Assembly (NCBI GenBank): GCA_964019335.1 | Contig: OZ025653.1 | Coordinates: forward strand, 248,001 to 312,000 | DNA from: Diplonema japonicum | Taxonomy: Eukaryota > Protista > Euglenozoa: Diplonemea | Direction: 5' to 3' | Length of the DNA: 64,000 nt | Shown here: piece after piece, positions 21,973 to 34,593 of the stretch | How the letters are laid out: every line of letters begins with the position of its first letter | How positions within the stretch are numbered: position 1 is the first letter of the stretch | The notes under the pieces: model-generated | What the model saw: the letters and a program-made list of their open reading frames with translations, nothing else | The model's database searches: none | What the model was told of the DNA's origin: nothing | Program-made: the position numbers and the translations under genes

Positions 21973-24900
21973 TCATTTCTTTTGCATCATTTCGCACCTC
22001 ACGGTTGCCCCCGGATCATAGAGGCCTACCACCAGATAAAGAGGCACTTTTGCACCATCGAAATCAGATATTCTAGATATGGTGTGGGTTTGTTTCTTAA
22101 GTTTCCCAGAAACGGTCCCAACCGAGAAGCAGATCTCTTTGCTAGTGACCTGCGCCTTAACTATGCAATCGTCTGTCGGCCATTCGCTGTTCATATTGGA
22201 CTTGTTTTCTCCAACAAGAGTCCCGTGGTTACTGTAGACCATTGACCCTTTGGTTCTGAATATCGGGGTGTTAAGGTCCTTAGTGGCCTCGCTAGAGAAG
22301 CCCACGTAGCACCCGTTGGTCTTACCATTGAATGTAAGGGTTAATTCGTACTCATCGTCTGGCTGGATCAGAAGCCCTCTTGCGTTCTTGAATTGTTTCT
22401 GTCCGCCAGATGTCAGCGTGCCGTCGTCGGATTTCTCTAGACCCTCCCCTACGGTCCAGTCACGGAACAACACAGCTTCCTGTTCTTCGCTGTCCTTCTT
22501 GGAACTTACTTTTGATGTAAACGTTGCCTTGCACCCGTCGGTGTACAACCCCACCAAAGGGTGCACAACTGGAGGTAGGTTTCCGAATTTTTCTGGTATC
22601 TCCGTGCCATCGATAGCAAATGCTAGTGTTCTGCTGTCCATATCCAATGTGCAGGTTACAACTGGACTTCCTGAAAAGGACGGGTGTTCGAAGTTTTCAC
22701 TTCCGTGGGAGGCCTTTCCGTGGTTGCTTATGACCCACGTCGTTGGCTTTCTGTACAGCGTTGAGTTCAGAACACAGTCTTCCGTGCACACCCCAACGGT
22801 GGAACCATTTACACCACCGTCAATCGTGACGTTCCACACGTGCACCCCTTGTGAGATGGGGCCTCGCATGGCTGCTGCGTAAGAGTTTCTCGTCATTTTG
22901 AGGGTGTCACCCGACACGTCCATGTCTGGGGACTTTTTAATCCACCCCTTTTCCTCCTCTACCGTGTATGGCTTGCACTCTATGATACCGTGGCCATTGG
23001 ACACAAAAGGTACAATACCAGTAGGTGCGTCTATCGTTTCCACACGCAGCACCTTGCCGTTCACACCAAACATGACTTGGTTCTTGCCGATGTCCACGAA
23101 CACGCAGACAAGCATGTTTGAGGGAAGCTTGCGCCGCTCACCTTCGATGTCGTGCTGCAGGCCATCTTCGTCTGACACAATTTTCACCGGTGTGCACACC
23201 AAACCTTTCCCTCCTGCATGGATGAACCCTATTGTCGTCTCTCTTCTGTTTTTGGTATCCTCCGGAATCGGCGTGAATGACCACATGCGTTTCAAATCAG
23301 TATTGTGAGGTATCTTGTGCCCACTGCAATCGCCGATAACAATGTGCCGTCCGAGTTCGTCAAAGGGGTTCTTTGCAAAGCTTGGTATTGGAAAGCTTAC
23401 GTTTCTAAGCTGGCTAAAAGCCGGAGTAGAGATTTTCATGAACTCCAGTGTAATGAAGTATTTCCACCCTGACCACGGGCACTCGCTGCCTTCACTGAAC
23501 GTCCTTGAGTCTTGGACACTCATCACGCCCTTTTCTTTGGCCTCCTTGAGGCAGGACATCTTCCATTCCACATCCTGCGAAGACTTACTCAGTTGTGGGT
23601 TTCCGGTGAGCACGACATGTTGTGATTCAACACTTGAATCGCTGAAGGGTTTGCCCTTTTTGAGCAGACGCTCTTTGAACTCCTCCGGCTTCTCGTCTGT
23701 CTCGGAGACCTCTAATGAAAGGCGTATAAGGTAGCCGTTGCTCTTTGACAACCCATTCCTTAGTGCGTCTGCGTTAACCGACACCTGCTGGTAAGTGGTC
23801 TTCGCGTCTGCATCCAAGGGCCCACGTACCACCTCCACCCCCGAATCTTGATCCCATAGGCTGTTGTCATACACAAGATTCCTCCCACCTACGACAGTGA
23901 CTCCCGTTGTAGTTTCAATATCTTCCTCATCTGGAAGCAAGGTGACCTCGCCACCTTTATCTGTAAAGCAAACCATTAGCTGTGCCTCTTCCATTTCGTG
24001 GCTCAGTTCCTGTGTCTTGTTGCCCGCCTGCAACTTTACCTTTTTGGTGTCCATATTTAAGGTCACCACAACCAGACCCGATCCCACTTCGAAGAAAACA
24101 GCTGCGTCCTTCGTTAGCTTTGTAATGTCCACCACAAGGTGTACCTTGCTGCTTCCAATCCCAATCTCCATGCCCCCTGTCACATTGAGCTTCCATCTGA
24201 CCTGCCCTTTCGTCACGACTGTCTCTCCGAGCACCAAGCCACGGATGTTTGCAGGTACGTTGTGGGCGGCCAGCTTTGCTGAAAAGCCTTCGACCTTTAT
24301 GGGGATGTGGTGTCGACCCCAGAACACCTGCTCTTCCTCCACTTCCACCTTCCCAGCCTCCGTCATTGCAGGGGGTGCGTAGGGGCCTTGCATGAACCTT
24401 GCTAGCCCGTGTCCCAACAGCTCCGGTGCTGTCACAGACAGAGCCTTCGGCATTGCCATGTGGATGTAGGCATCAAGGCCCACTCCAATTGTCTCGATGC
24501 TGTTTGCATCACATATGTGCAGCGCGCCAGCAATGTCAGGGTCTGTGAGAGGGGTACCACCAGGGGTGACAACAAACATGTACTTTTTCTTCCCCTTCAT
24601 TTCATTCAGTAGCGACGCCGTTAGCTTCAAAGGGTCACCCAGGTCACCTGATGCGTCGCCAGTGCCCTTCAACCTCGCCATGGCACTGACGAATGCGTGC
24701 ACAGAGTAATTGTCCCACTCACCTGATGTGTGCACACATGTGGTCTCCGACCCGTGGTACAGGACGACGGTGGGGTCCAGATCGACAGCTGCGATACTGC
24801 TGCGAAGGTGAGCGAAGAGCCGTACGAAGGTCCCTACGCGTGAGTCGGAGATGCATGCAGCATCGAAGGCGATGGCAACGCTGTACGAGCGTCGCCCACC

Positions 24901-27900
24901 AGCGCTCCTGCGTGCAAACACTTTGTTGTAAGTGAAGTTCGTCGTCATGGCCTTGATCAAACCAGGGATGTGAAGCTCCACGCCGCTGCTGGCTGCCTCT
25001 GCTCTCGTGAACACGTTATGCGGAAGAAGTGAGGACAAGGCATCAAGGCTGGACTCCAGAGGTGCGTAGGAGAACACGTTGCAAAGCTCGTGAGTTGGAT
25101 CGATGACGTTCTTAATGGCACCTCGTAGGTCATCACACTGTGACTGTGCAGTGCTTAACAATCCATCTGCAAGCTTTGTGGCAACCATCTTGACTGGGGG
25201 CATGCCCTCTGATGTTGCTGCGATTTGCTCTTTCGGGTACTCCAGCTCCGCCACTATTTTGCTGACGGTTGAGGTGGGGATCTCAAAGTCGTGAATCACA
25301 GCAAGTTTTGCTTCTGTGTTCTTTGACCGTCTGTTGACCAACCGCCGCAGCCTGCTCACACCCTGGCTGGCATCGTGAAGGACGCGTTCCAAGAAGGGCC
25401 TCAAAGTTTGGTCATCCCAGCAAACCATCTCCGCTAGTGTCAAACCAATCTCCAGCGTCTTCGTCTTAGGGTTCATATTCAGGCTATCGACTTTAAGCAA
25501 GCAGAACGGCGGCAGCAGGACCTCTTCCTCTTCAGCGTAGGCGCTGATGAACTTCATTTCAAGCCCACGTTTAACTTCCTTTATCGTGAACGCTACCTTC
25601 TTCCCGTCACCAAAGCAGAACTCGTCCACACGCCTTCTGCTTGTGCTCGTGGCAGCGGGCCAGCCTTGCAGCTTGCCGGCCTCCCAAGACTTGAAGGCCT
25701 CCATGGTCGGCGTGTCGACGTTCAACCCGCGGTACACAGTCGTTGAGTCGATGTCTTCACACAACGTGAGGAGCAAGCAGATGAATTTAATCCACTGCTT
25801 GATGACCAACCTTGCCTCCAGCTTCACATTTTCATCTTTCGATATTGCCTGTCGCATCGCTTTGTTGATGATCGAGTACAACGTGGGGTTACGTGTATTC
25901 CCCACACGTGCCTTGTAGTCCCTGAAGGGCTTATTGTCTTCTTTCGTTCCCGCAGGGCTCCACTTTGGGACGTTTTCGTACCCCATAGCACTATCAATGT
26001 CAGGCCCCTCCATCGTGTAGAGTCTCATACACAGCATGTGTACGGGAGTCAAGTGCTCATAGCACTTCTTGTACAACATGCACTGATGGTCGACGAGATT
26101 AAACAGCGCTGCACTTTTCCGTGTGTTCTCCGGTGATTTCAGATTATCCAATAGCTCTTCGACCACGCCCTTGCCGGACTCGTTTGACCACATTTGCGAC
26201 AGCTCGTTTGCCAGGCTAAGCAGTTCTTTTTTGTCCCAGGCCTCGAAGTCTTCGTTCTGCGACCGTTCGATCATTTTTTCCTGCTTCAGGTTTGCGAGGC
26301 AGGCATCCTGCAGCTTCTTGATGTTACCAGGAATAGGGATCTTGTCGACACCCCCATTGATGCCTTGGCTTTCGTCCATATTCCCCGTGACTTTTGCGTC
26401 ATCATCAGCACTGTCGTCGTCGTACGAGTCATAGTCCATGTAGTCATAGCCCGTGTCCATCTCGTCTTCTTCTTTTACTGGAAGCGGCGGCGGCGGCGGT
26501 GTCGGTGGCTTCGGCGGTTCCTTGTCTCTCGCTGGTGTGCTGCTCTTACGCTTCGGTCTCCAGTTCAACACATAAGCCTCGGCCAATATCTCACGCAGGT
26601 TGTGTCTCAAAGCCGCCTCCGACTTCGGGAGCAGCTGGGAGTAGGTGCTGAGAAGATTTGAACACAGCAAGAACACCGAGCTGTGCGTCGTTGAGTACGA
26701 CGCGATGTCATCTTTCCACCTCTCCAAGCAGTGTTGCAGCACGCGCACGCACACATCAGAAGAGATCACCTGCGCCCGTTTGTGGAAGCACGAAAAAACG
26801 TATTGCCAGAAGCGGATGTCTGCGGAATCCGGATCCAAACAGCTGAACAGCACGTTAGGAAGGCCACTGTTGTCGACAAGGCTCCTAAAGGTACCAGATC
26901 CTGCTTCCACCTCTGTATCAGCCCCAAACGGCTTCACAGCCAACCTGACTACCCTGTTCAGGAAAGCGGTCGACAGCTTTGCTGCATGCTTGCGTGTCGG
27001 GTTTGCCGTAAAAAACATCCTGAAGTTCTTGTGGATCCCATTCTCCTTCGTGGCCTTCACTTCATCATCACCACGCTCTGTCAAAGTGAACGTCGCGTCA
27101 GCCTCCAGTAGGGAGTTCAGCCGCTCAATGGCTGCAGGTTGTGCCCAGTCTATGTTGTCCAACAGCACCCAGTCACCCTCTTGCATGGCATGTATGAGCT
27201 GCGACTCGGCAAAATGGAAGCTCGTTACCTCAATCTTTTTGTGTAGCTCCTCCAGCCTCTTAGCACTCGGCCCCCAGATCGTTCCCTGCAGAGCTGCACA
27301 CACCTCGAGTGTAGAAGTTACGAGCCTCGTTCTATACCCCTTACCCCTTGAGAGCATATCAAGATGCTTTAGCAGCACGTCTCGCAGCTGAGCTACCTTG
27401 TCCTCGTGGGCTTTCCTTTTTTCTTTCTCTTCTTCCCCTTCTTCGGCAGGAGATTCGGGTATCTTCGCGGAGATAAAAGCAGCTGCAATCCTACTCGCTT
27501 CGCAGCCCAGCGACTCATACAGGTCGTACGGTGTGCTTTCAGTGAGCCCGTTCCACGGCACCCACATCCCAAGGAGTTCACTTATCTCTGTGTTCGGTGT
27601 GATTGGAATGATGCGCAGCCTCTGCCCGCATATCCTTGCGAGCTCCCTAACAAGTGCTGTCTTTCCTGATGCCGTCGGGCCCTCCAGAAGTACCGCGAGA
27701 GAAGAACCCGATGCGGATGCTAGTGCAGACAGCCTGTGCCTGAGTTCCCCTGAAGGAGGGAGCGGTGCGCAGTTGCTCTCATGCGATGAGCGGAGCATTC
27801 CTGCTTGCCCAAACATCACGACACCTCCGTGTCCCAGGGCAACAATGCTGGGCGCAGGGTTCATGTGAGCCTTCATGCTCTTCGCCATGTTTGCCAGCAC

Positions 27901-30900
27901 CTCCGACACTGTCGCCCTATCTTGCGGGGAGGGATATCGCCACTTGTAGATCACCTCGATCACTTGCACGAAGAATTCTTTTATCTTGTCGATTTGGACC
28001 CCTTCAGGCTTCAACTTCAGTGCTGCGTTGCTGTTCTTCCCCAATCTCGCCTCCAGTAGCAGGATCACTTTCTCTAGTGTTCTTAGGTTCACGATGCTTG
28101 TGTATGTCTCCCTGTCCACCCCTAGCTTCCCTTGCTGCAATAAGTTCGTGACGCTACTGTGCACATATGCAAGCTGTTTAAAGAGCTCGTTCTCCAACTC
28201 CTGGTTCCCTTCGAGGTCCAGAGTCGAGCAGAACTTGTGCCGCGCGATGTGGAGCCCCTCACTGCATTCCAGGTCGTGCAGTGTCAGCACAGTGAAGAGA
28301 TCCTTCACCGAGGGCGGCAAGTGGGAGCGTCCACCCCCGACTTTTGCAGGGTTCACGGCAGCAAAAAATCGGATGTGTTTCAGGGTGCACTTCTCGCGGG
28401 TTCCTGGTATGATTCTCTCGTCGGCACCCTCCTCGAGCAGGGGGCTCAGGACTTGTTGCACTTCGGGCGGCGCTAAGTTTAGCTCGTCGAGAAGTATCCA
28501 GTATTCGAGGTTCTCCTTTGCCTTCCTTAATGCGGCCCCAAGCTGGCCCTCACGTCTCTTGAACACACGCACACCGCCCTCCATTGTAGGGATTGGAGCT
28601 CCAAACAAATGCGCTGTTGTCGTCCCCGCACTGAACTGCACACGCACAAACTCGCATCCTAATAGCTTTGCTGTGCTCTCGACGATAAAGCTCTTCCCGA
28701 TCCCAGGGACTCCCTCTAGCAGCATGGGTATACGCAGCGTGCTCGCTGCAAACACGCTTGAGAGGTTTTTCAGCATCGATGAGATGGGCACCATGGAAGT
28801 CCTCTGCAACCGCTTCGCTACATTTGCGGGGTCAAAGCATCTTGCGACACCCAGGACCTGCCCTGCATGAATCTCCAGTACGTTGTCACCTTCGCGCAGC
28901 TTAACGTAGTCACTCATTGTGCTGTGCTGTGGTAGGTCATCCGCGGGGAGCAACCTCAACGACCGCTCCGCCACCCCTGCATCCCATGCAAGTGGTTCGA
29001 GATCTCTGGGGCTTAGTACTAGTTGAAACAAATGCTTCGCACCGAGCACGAACGCACCGAACTCATCAATTCCTGCCAGCTGCGGGTATTGTGCTACGAA
29101 CTTAGCTAATCTCAGCATCTTTCTTAACGTTGTATTAGGTAGGACTTTCATTATGCTCTTTGCCAGAAGCTCTGCAGCTGCCAGCCCACCAAGCAGACTT
29201 TTAAGCACCTCTGTGTGGAATGTGCTAGTTGCAGTGACATACGTTGCGTGTCGTCCTCGCTGTAAGAGAAGCACCTAATCGCAGTAAAAGAGCGGAACAC
29301 AGAGGGAAGACTGTAAGCAACAGGGCATGTCGCTGTCAGAACTAATGGAACCTTCGTTTTCAGGGGGACACTGGCACCTGTGCTTTTGTGATGATGCATG
29401 TATGTATGTCATATACCTGGTGGCGCAAAAATGCCCAAGGGGAGCTCTCTGTTATGGAAGACGTCGCGCAGTGAGATGAACAACTGCGGGTCAGGCAGGT
29501 TCGCCGCCTTCAAAAGAATACCGCACCCCTGTTTTGCTGCGTCCGAAAGGGGGCCATCTTTCACGGCGAATACGGTCGAGCCTTTCTCCCCTTCCAGCTT
29601 GTTAGCAACGGCTTTTAATCGACACAGGGTTTCTGCCCAGCCGTCTAGCCCTCCCTCCTTCTTGCTGTTCCTCTCCGCCAGCAACGCCTCCTCGTCAGCT
29701 ACTGCTTTCACGTAGTCAGACTGCGAAAAGGGGTGGATGCTGCCCACCAAGTCGCCCTCCTCCGTAGAACACGTGAGGTGTATTGTCTCAATGTCCTTGC
29801 CGATGATGGCACAAAATACTTTCGCAGCTAGACTCTTACAGCTAGTGGGGCCAACCAGTAGAGCAGGCTCGTCGGCGGCGCACATATGTGCAATCAACAC
29901 GATGACGTCCTTTATCAGCTGCACAGAAGTCCCCGCCAAAGGGTGCCGCGACATCGCACCCTCGAACACACACCGCAGGCCCCCGGTGGTAAAACTCACT
30001 TTTCCATCCGCTTCGGTGATACTGCCGCCTTCGTTGGCAGCCAGTGACAGGGCACCAGATTCTTCGGTACTAAGAAGACCTAGCTCACTAAAGCTGCTGC
30101 ACAAACTTCCAAGAGTGCTTGATCTCTCCTTCTTCGACTTTGCTGAAGACAATAATGAGGCTGTGTAGCACAGGCACCACCGGAACTCAAAGGACGCATC
30201 TGCCCGTGTCGCCTCCAGCCTGTCCATCCGGTGTAGCACTTTCTTCAAATATCTCACGTTCATAGGCAAGCCACGTTCAGGGAAGAGAACTATTGCGTCG
30301 GCCACCTTCTCGCGGCTGCTGCCACCCAGGAGAGCGAGGTAATCTGCCTTTTTCGGCATCGGTAGTGTTATCTTGACGAACTTAGAAGCAAACTTACTCG
30401 CCATCTTCTCAGCCTCACTCGAGGCACACTCACCTACTATGCAAAAACCAGAAGCGGCGGGCAGGGGTGTGTCTTCTCCTGGTCTGGACAGCATCCCTGT
30501 GTCAATGAGTGCCATGAGCTGTGACTGCACTGCCCCGGGAAGCAGATCCAAGCCCGCAATTGTGAAAATCTTTCCCTCTTTAAGCGCACGGAGCAAGGGG
30601 CCATCTACTTCATTGATGGAAATCTGAGCCTTCTCTGAGCTCCTGGGCAGGATAGTACCCAGCCATTCACTCAGTGAAGAGCGCGGGGTTGCTATCACTG
30701 TCTCGATTTCACGCAGAAGCAGTTCGCTGATGTTCCAGTGGTAGTCATCAATGACGACAACAGGGATGCCCTGGTGAAGGCACCACGTGATGCGTTGCGA
30801 GACAGGGCCTAGAGAGGGCGCCGAAGACTCCAGCTTCCCTGAGACGTCGAGAATAGCTCGCATGGACGGGGAGCCCCGAGACCTGATGGCAGCCACGTAG

Positions 30901-33900
30901 TCTCCAGTAGGACTCCCGCCGAACCAAGAAGTCATTTCGATGAACAGAGACAGGGCCTTCCGGAAGTGCGACAAGTCACAGACCGAGTTCGAAGACACTG
31001 CAAACCGTCGTGCACACTGCATGGCACGCACAACGCTGTACACGCCGTGGGCACCACCAGCCATGCTGGAGCACATCCGTGCCGCCGCACTGACGTCGTC
31101 CTTTTTCGTGGACGGCTGATTCAGGGAAAGCACTACTGAGGACCCTTTCGAGTACAGGCCCACGAATGGTACGAGCGGCCGCTCCTTGTTGATGGCACCC
31201 TTGATGCCAAGGGAGCCCTGCTGCACTCCATTCTTGAAAAACTGGACCACCTCTTGACTGCAGTGTACCTTCACTGTAATCTTATCCCCTTGGCTGTACG
31301 GCTCTCCTATCACGCCTTTGTTCTCGCCGTCTTCCCCGTGTGCCACTTTACCGTTGCTGCAATACACCCACACGAATTCGCACTTTTCCACTTCCCTGTC
31401 CATGTCCAGTGCTTCATTGTCTAGAGCAACGCCTATAGTTGTATTGTCAATGGGACAGTCCCCCACTATTACGTCCCACTCGTGCGACGCCGTCAGGGGC
31501 ATATCCACTATCGCATTGGAGTACTTATCCTTCGACCGCGTGACGCGAACCCTTCCACTGGGGTATGTGTATGCAGAGGTGCCTTTCCTGCTCCAGTGAG
31601 TGTCATTGGGGGCAAACAGGAGGTTACTGCATAGCAGTCGAAGTTCTTCTTCCAACACCTCCTTTTCCACTTTGTCGAGGGTCAGGATCGTGAAGCGGTT
31701 CGCAAAAGCGGGTGATAACGAGCCAAGCTGCGTGAAGTCGGCTGAGGCGAGCACTCTAAACCCTTCCTTAATTGTGATTTCCTGTTCCAGGTTCGGGCCC
31801 CTTTCCGCAACATAAAGTTCGGGCTGTTCTTCCAGCACCGAGTTCAGCCGTTCGAGCACGGTAGCTGAAGCTGATGGCAAATCGTCGAGCACGAGCCACT
31901 TTCCGGAAAGTGCTGCAGAAGTAACTGGGCCATCTACCCACTTTGAGACTGACCCCCCTTTGCCTTTCGCATCAGGTACCTGCTGCCCGAGGAGGTTCCC
32001 GACAACTGTCTCATTGTTCACGTTGCACAAGTAGTGGCTGCGTGTTCGCAAGGCGGCATAGCTGAGCAGGAGAGACGACGTTCCAATCCCCGATTTACCC
32101 ACCAGCAGCACGGGTCTGCCTAGGTCCATCACAAAGTCAAGCTGCCTGTAAACCCCGAGGAACCTGTCCGTCACGACAATTGGATGCTTCGGAGTGCTTG
32201 CATTCTCGTCCTGGTGAGACCACACACGGTCCCCAACATTAGGAAGATTTCCTCCTGACTTCCCCAGGCACTGCGCAATTGCTAACGGGACGTCCACAAC
32301 TGCTGGAGCTTTTGTCGTTTTGGCTGATTTCACCTGTTCAATAATCTTACTCACGTGGGACCTGCCCTTTCTCGTGTGGAACCTCACACCGTACGTACAC
32401 CATGCCGTCGCTACGTACCTACTCAGCACTGAAAGGGTCTTTGCCTCCACATCAGCGTGCTCCTCATTCACCCCTGCTGTCATTAGCTTCACGGAGTTGA
32501 TAATGTCACGGATGCTAAAAACTGTAAGCGGTGTCGCGATGGACGTCTTCTTATGACTGTTAACGAAATGCACCACCTTTAAATGTGTACCCACTATAAG
32601 CTTTCCAATGTCGATCCATGATGCGGGTATGTCCCCTAACACCTCCGCTAGCTTTGAACATGCGATCTCCACCAGCTCATCGTCAGGGAGCTCCAGAAGC
32701 TTGACAGGGTGGAACCTTGACAGGAATGCAGCTGACAAGCTCTGTCGTTTTCCTTTGAAGAGCCCGCTGCAGGGGTTCTGTGTGATTATGAGGCGGAAGC
32801 CTGGGTGGCGACGTACTTCTCGAGCTGCACGCGCGGGGTTCGAAGGGTCAGGGAGCATCAAGAGTCCAGTGTCGAGTGCGGTTTCCAGGGTAGCAAGCAC
32901 TTCTTCCTGCGCCAAGTTGCACTCATCTAGCACGAGTAACGCGCCGTCTGTGAAGGCATCCGTGAACGGCGCATGTGAAAGCTCCAGCTTCCCCTTCGTG
33001 AGCTGCATCCTCCCGACGAGATCTTCGACAGTTGTGCTCGACGACAAGTTGAAGCGGATTGATCTCCTCCCCGAGCGTTTAGCCGCAGCTGCCACGCTTG
33101 CTGTTTTCCCGACCCCCGTGTCCCCCTCAATCAGCAGCGGCACATGCGACTGCAGCGCCTTACACAGAGTACCCACGTTCTGTGAAGTCGTCCGCGTGAA
33201 CACCATCCCTTTGGAGCTTTCTGTCTGCGGGATAATCTCCGATACACGCTTACCTCCGCTCACATCTGATGTTGATGTAGCTATCCTAAAGTCAGTTGTG
33301 TTTTCCTGAAGCTTTATGCGCATCGCTTGCACGTCATTTTTAAACACTAGTTCGGGGTGAAAGTTCGCACGTTTGCTAGCGGCTCCGTATGGTTGGTATT
33401 TGGATTCCCCCTGCGAGGGCGGGGCGTCGTCTGGCGGCAGGCCTATGGCAGCCCTAAAAAGTGGTATCCATGTTCCAGGGTCCGACGCAGACATTCGCAA
33501 GAATTTTCGAGCCTCACTAAAGAACGCCATGCGTACCTCGTTCGGGAAGTCAGATAGGAGCGGGGGAATCCGTGAAACAAGGTGTGGCTTGTCTGTTGCC
33601 CATGAAACGATCTCGGCGGCCATACGCACGCCATGCGGGCGATGCAGCACCGCCAACAGCACATCGGAGATATCTGTCTCCTGGATGAGTCCTCCGGGAA
33701 CAGGGAAACCGCATTCAATGGCCTCCTCAAGTGCTGCGACATAGTAAGGGGCGGTAGGTTTTACGGACCCCAGGGGGAGGGGATAGGACGGGAAACGATG
33801 AAGTTCACCGAGACGCACAATAGCTTGGTGGTTCTCTTTTTCAAGAGCTTCCACTTCTCGTTCGCTTTTCTGATCTTTTTTCTTGATCGCCTCCTGTTGC

Positions 33901-34058
33901 ACCAACCCAACTCTTCCTTTGTAGATCACTTTCACGTACGTCTCTTGGCCCAGCACTGTCAGCGGAGCGTCTCCTTCACATTCCTCGCAGCCCAGTTCCC
34001 CCCAGAATGTCACATCGCTTTCCAACTTTTCAGCCCGATAGGCATGCTTACTCGACAT
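21973..34058 (-). CDS. Giant (~4004 aa) midasin-like 6xAAA+ / SPRY / ADP-ribosyltransferase / VWA / multi-SPRY protein
   Basis: Exons 34058-29417, 29377-29243 and 29210-21973 sum to 12015 nt in frame via 39- and 32-nt GT-AG introns. Walker motifs GDTGVGKT/LDECN, GVPGIGKS/LDELN, GPTASGKT/LDN; ART motifs VYRG, TSTS, EEEEVLLPP; midasin-like pre-VWA segment; SPRY strands. Confidence 0.88.
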
Positions 34059-34593
34059 TCGACCTGAAGAGAGTAAACAGCTACACGACGATAAATATGA
34101 AAGAAGGAGAAGGTCATCAAACTGTGATAACAGCTTTTCTTTTTCTTAACGCCTCGTATCACTAAAAGCCGTCAAGCATCCCCCTCTATTGGAACACCCT
34201 CAAGGCCTGCAAAGGTCCTAAAGGGTGGCTTCTTCGGCGTTTCTTCGTGAATGACTTTAAAAAGAACCTTCTCAGCCGACCCCTTTTGGAAGAAATTCTC
34301 GAAAACCCCCCTTAAAACCCCCCTCCGAGACTGTGACAAGGGCTCGAACGATAGGGTGAAGAAATCCTTAAAATTAAAAAAAAAAAAAAAAAAAAAAAAC
34401 AAAGATGGGTTTCTCTTTCCCTCTGTTCAGCCCCGTTTCTCTTTTTTGCTTTCTTTGTTCTCCGCCGTTATAAAACGGGGTGATATAGCTGTGTACTTTA
34501 AAAAAAAGAAGGGAAAAAAAAAAAAGAACAACTTTAACAGAAATATAGTATTGACAAAGATGAAAGCCGTTGCGAAACAAGCAGCCCGTGTCC

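Noticed and set aside
29211-29416. Break between the two giant ORFs read as a frameshift, readthrough or two genes
   Set aside because: Two canonical GT-AG introns (39 and 32 nt) restore a continuous frame.
34172-34560. Possible extra small gene or exons between the carboxypeptidase and the AAA gene
   Set aside because: No convincing start, splice path or motif could be established.
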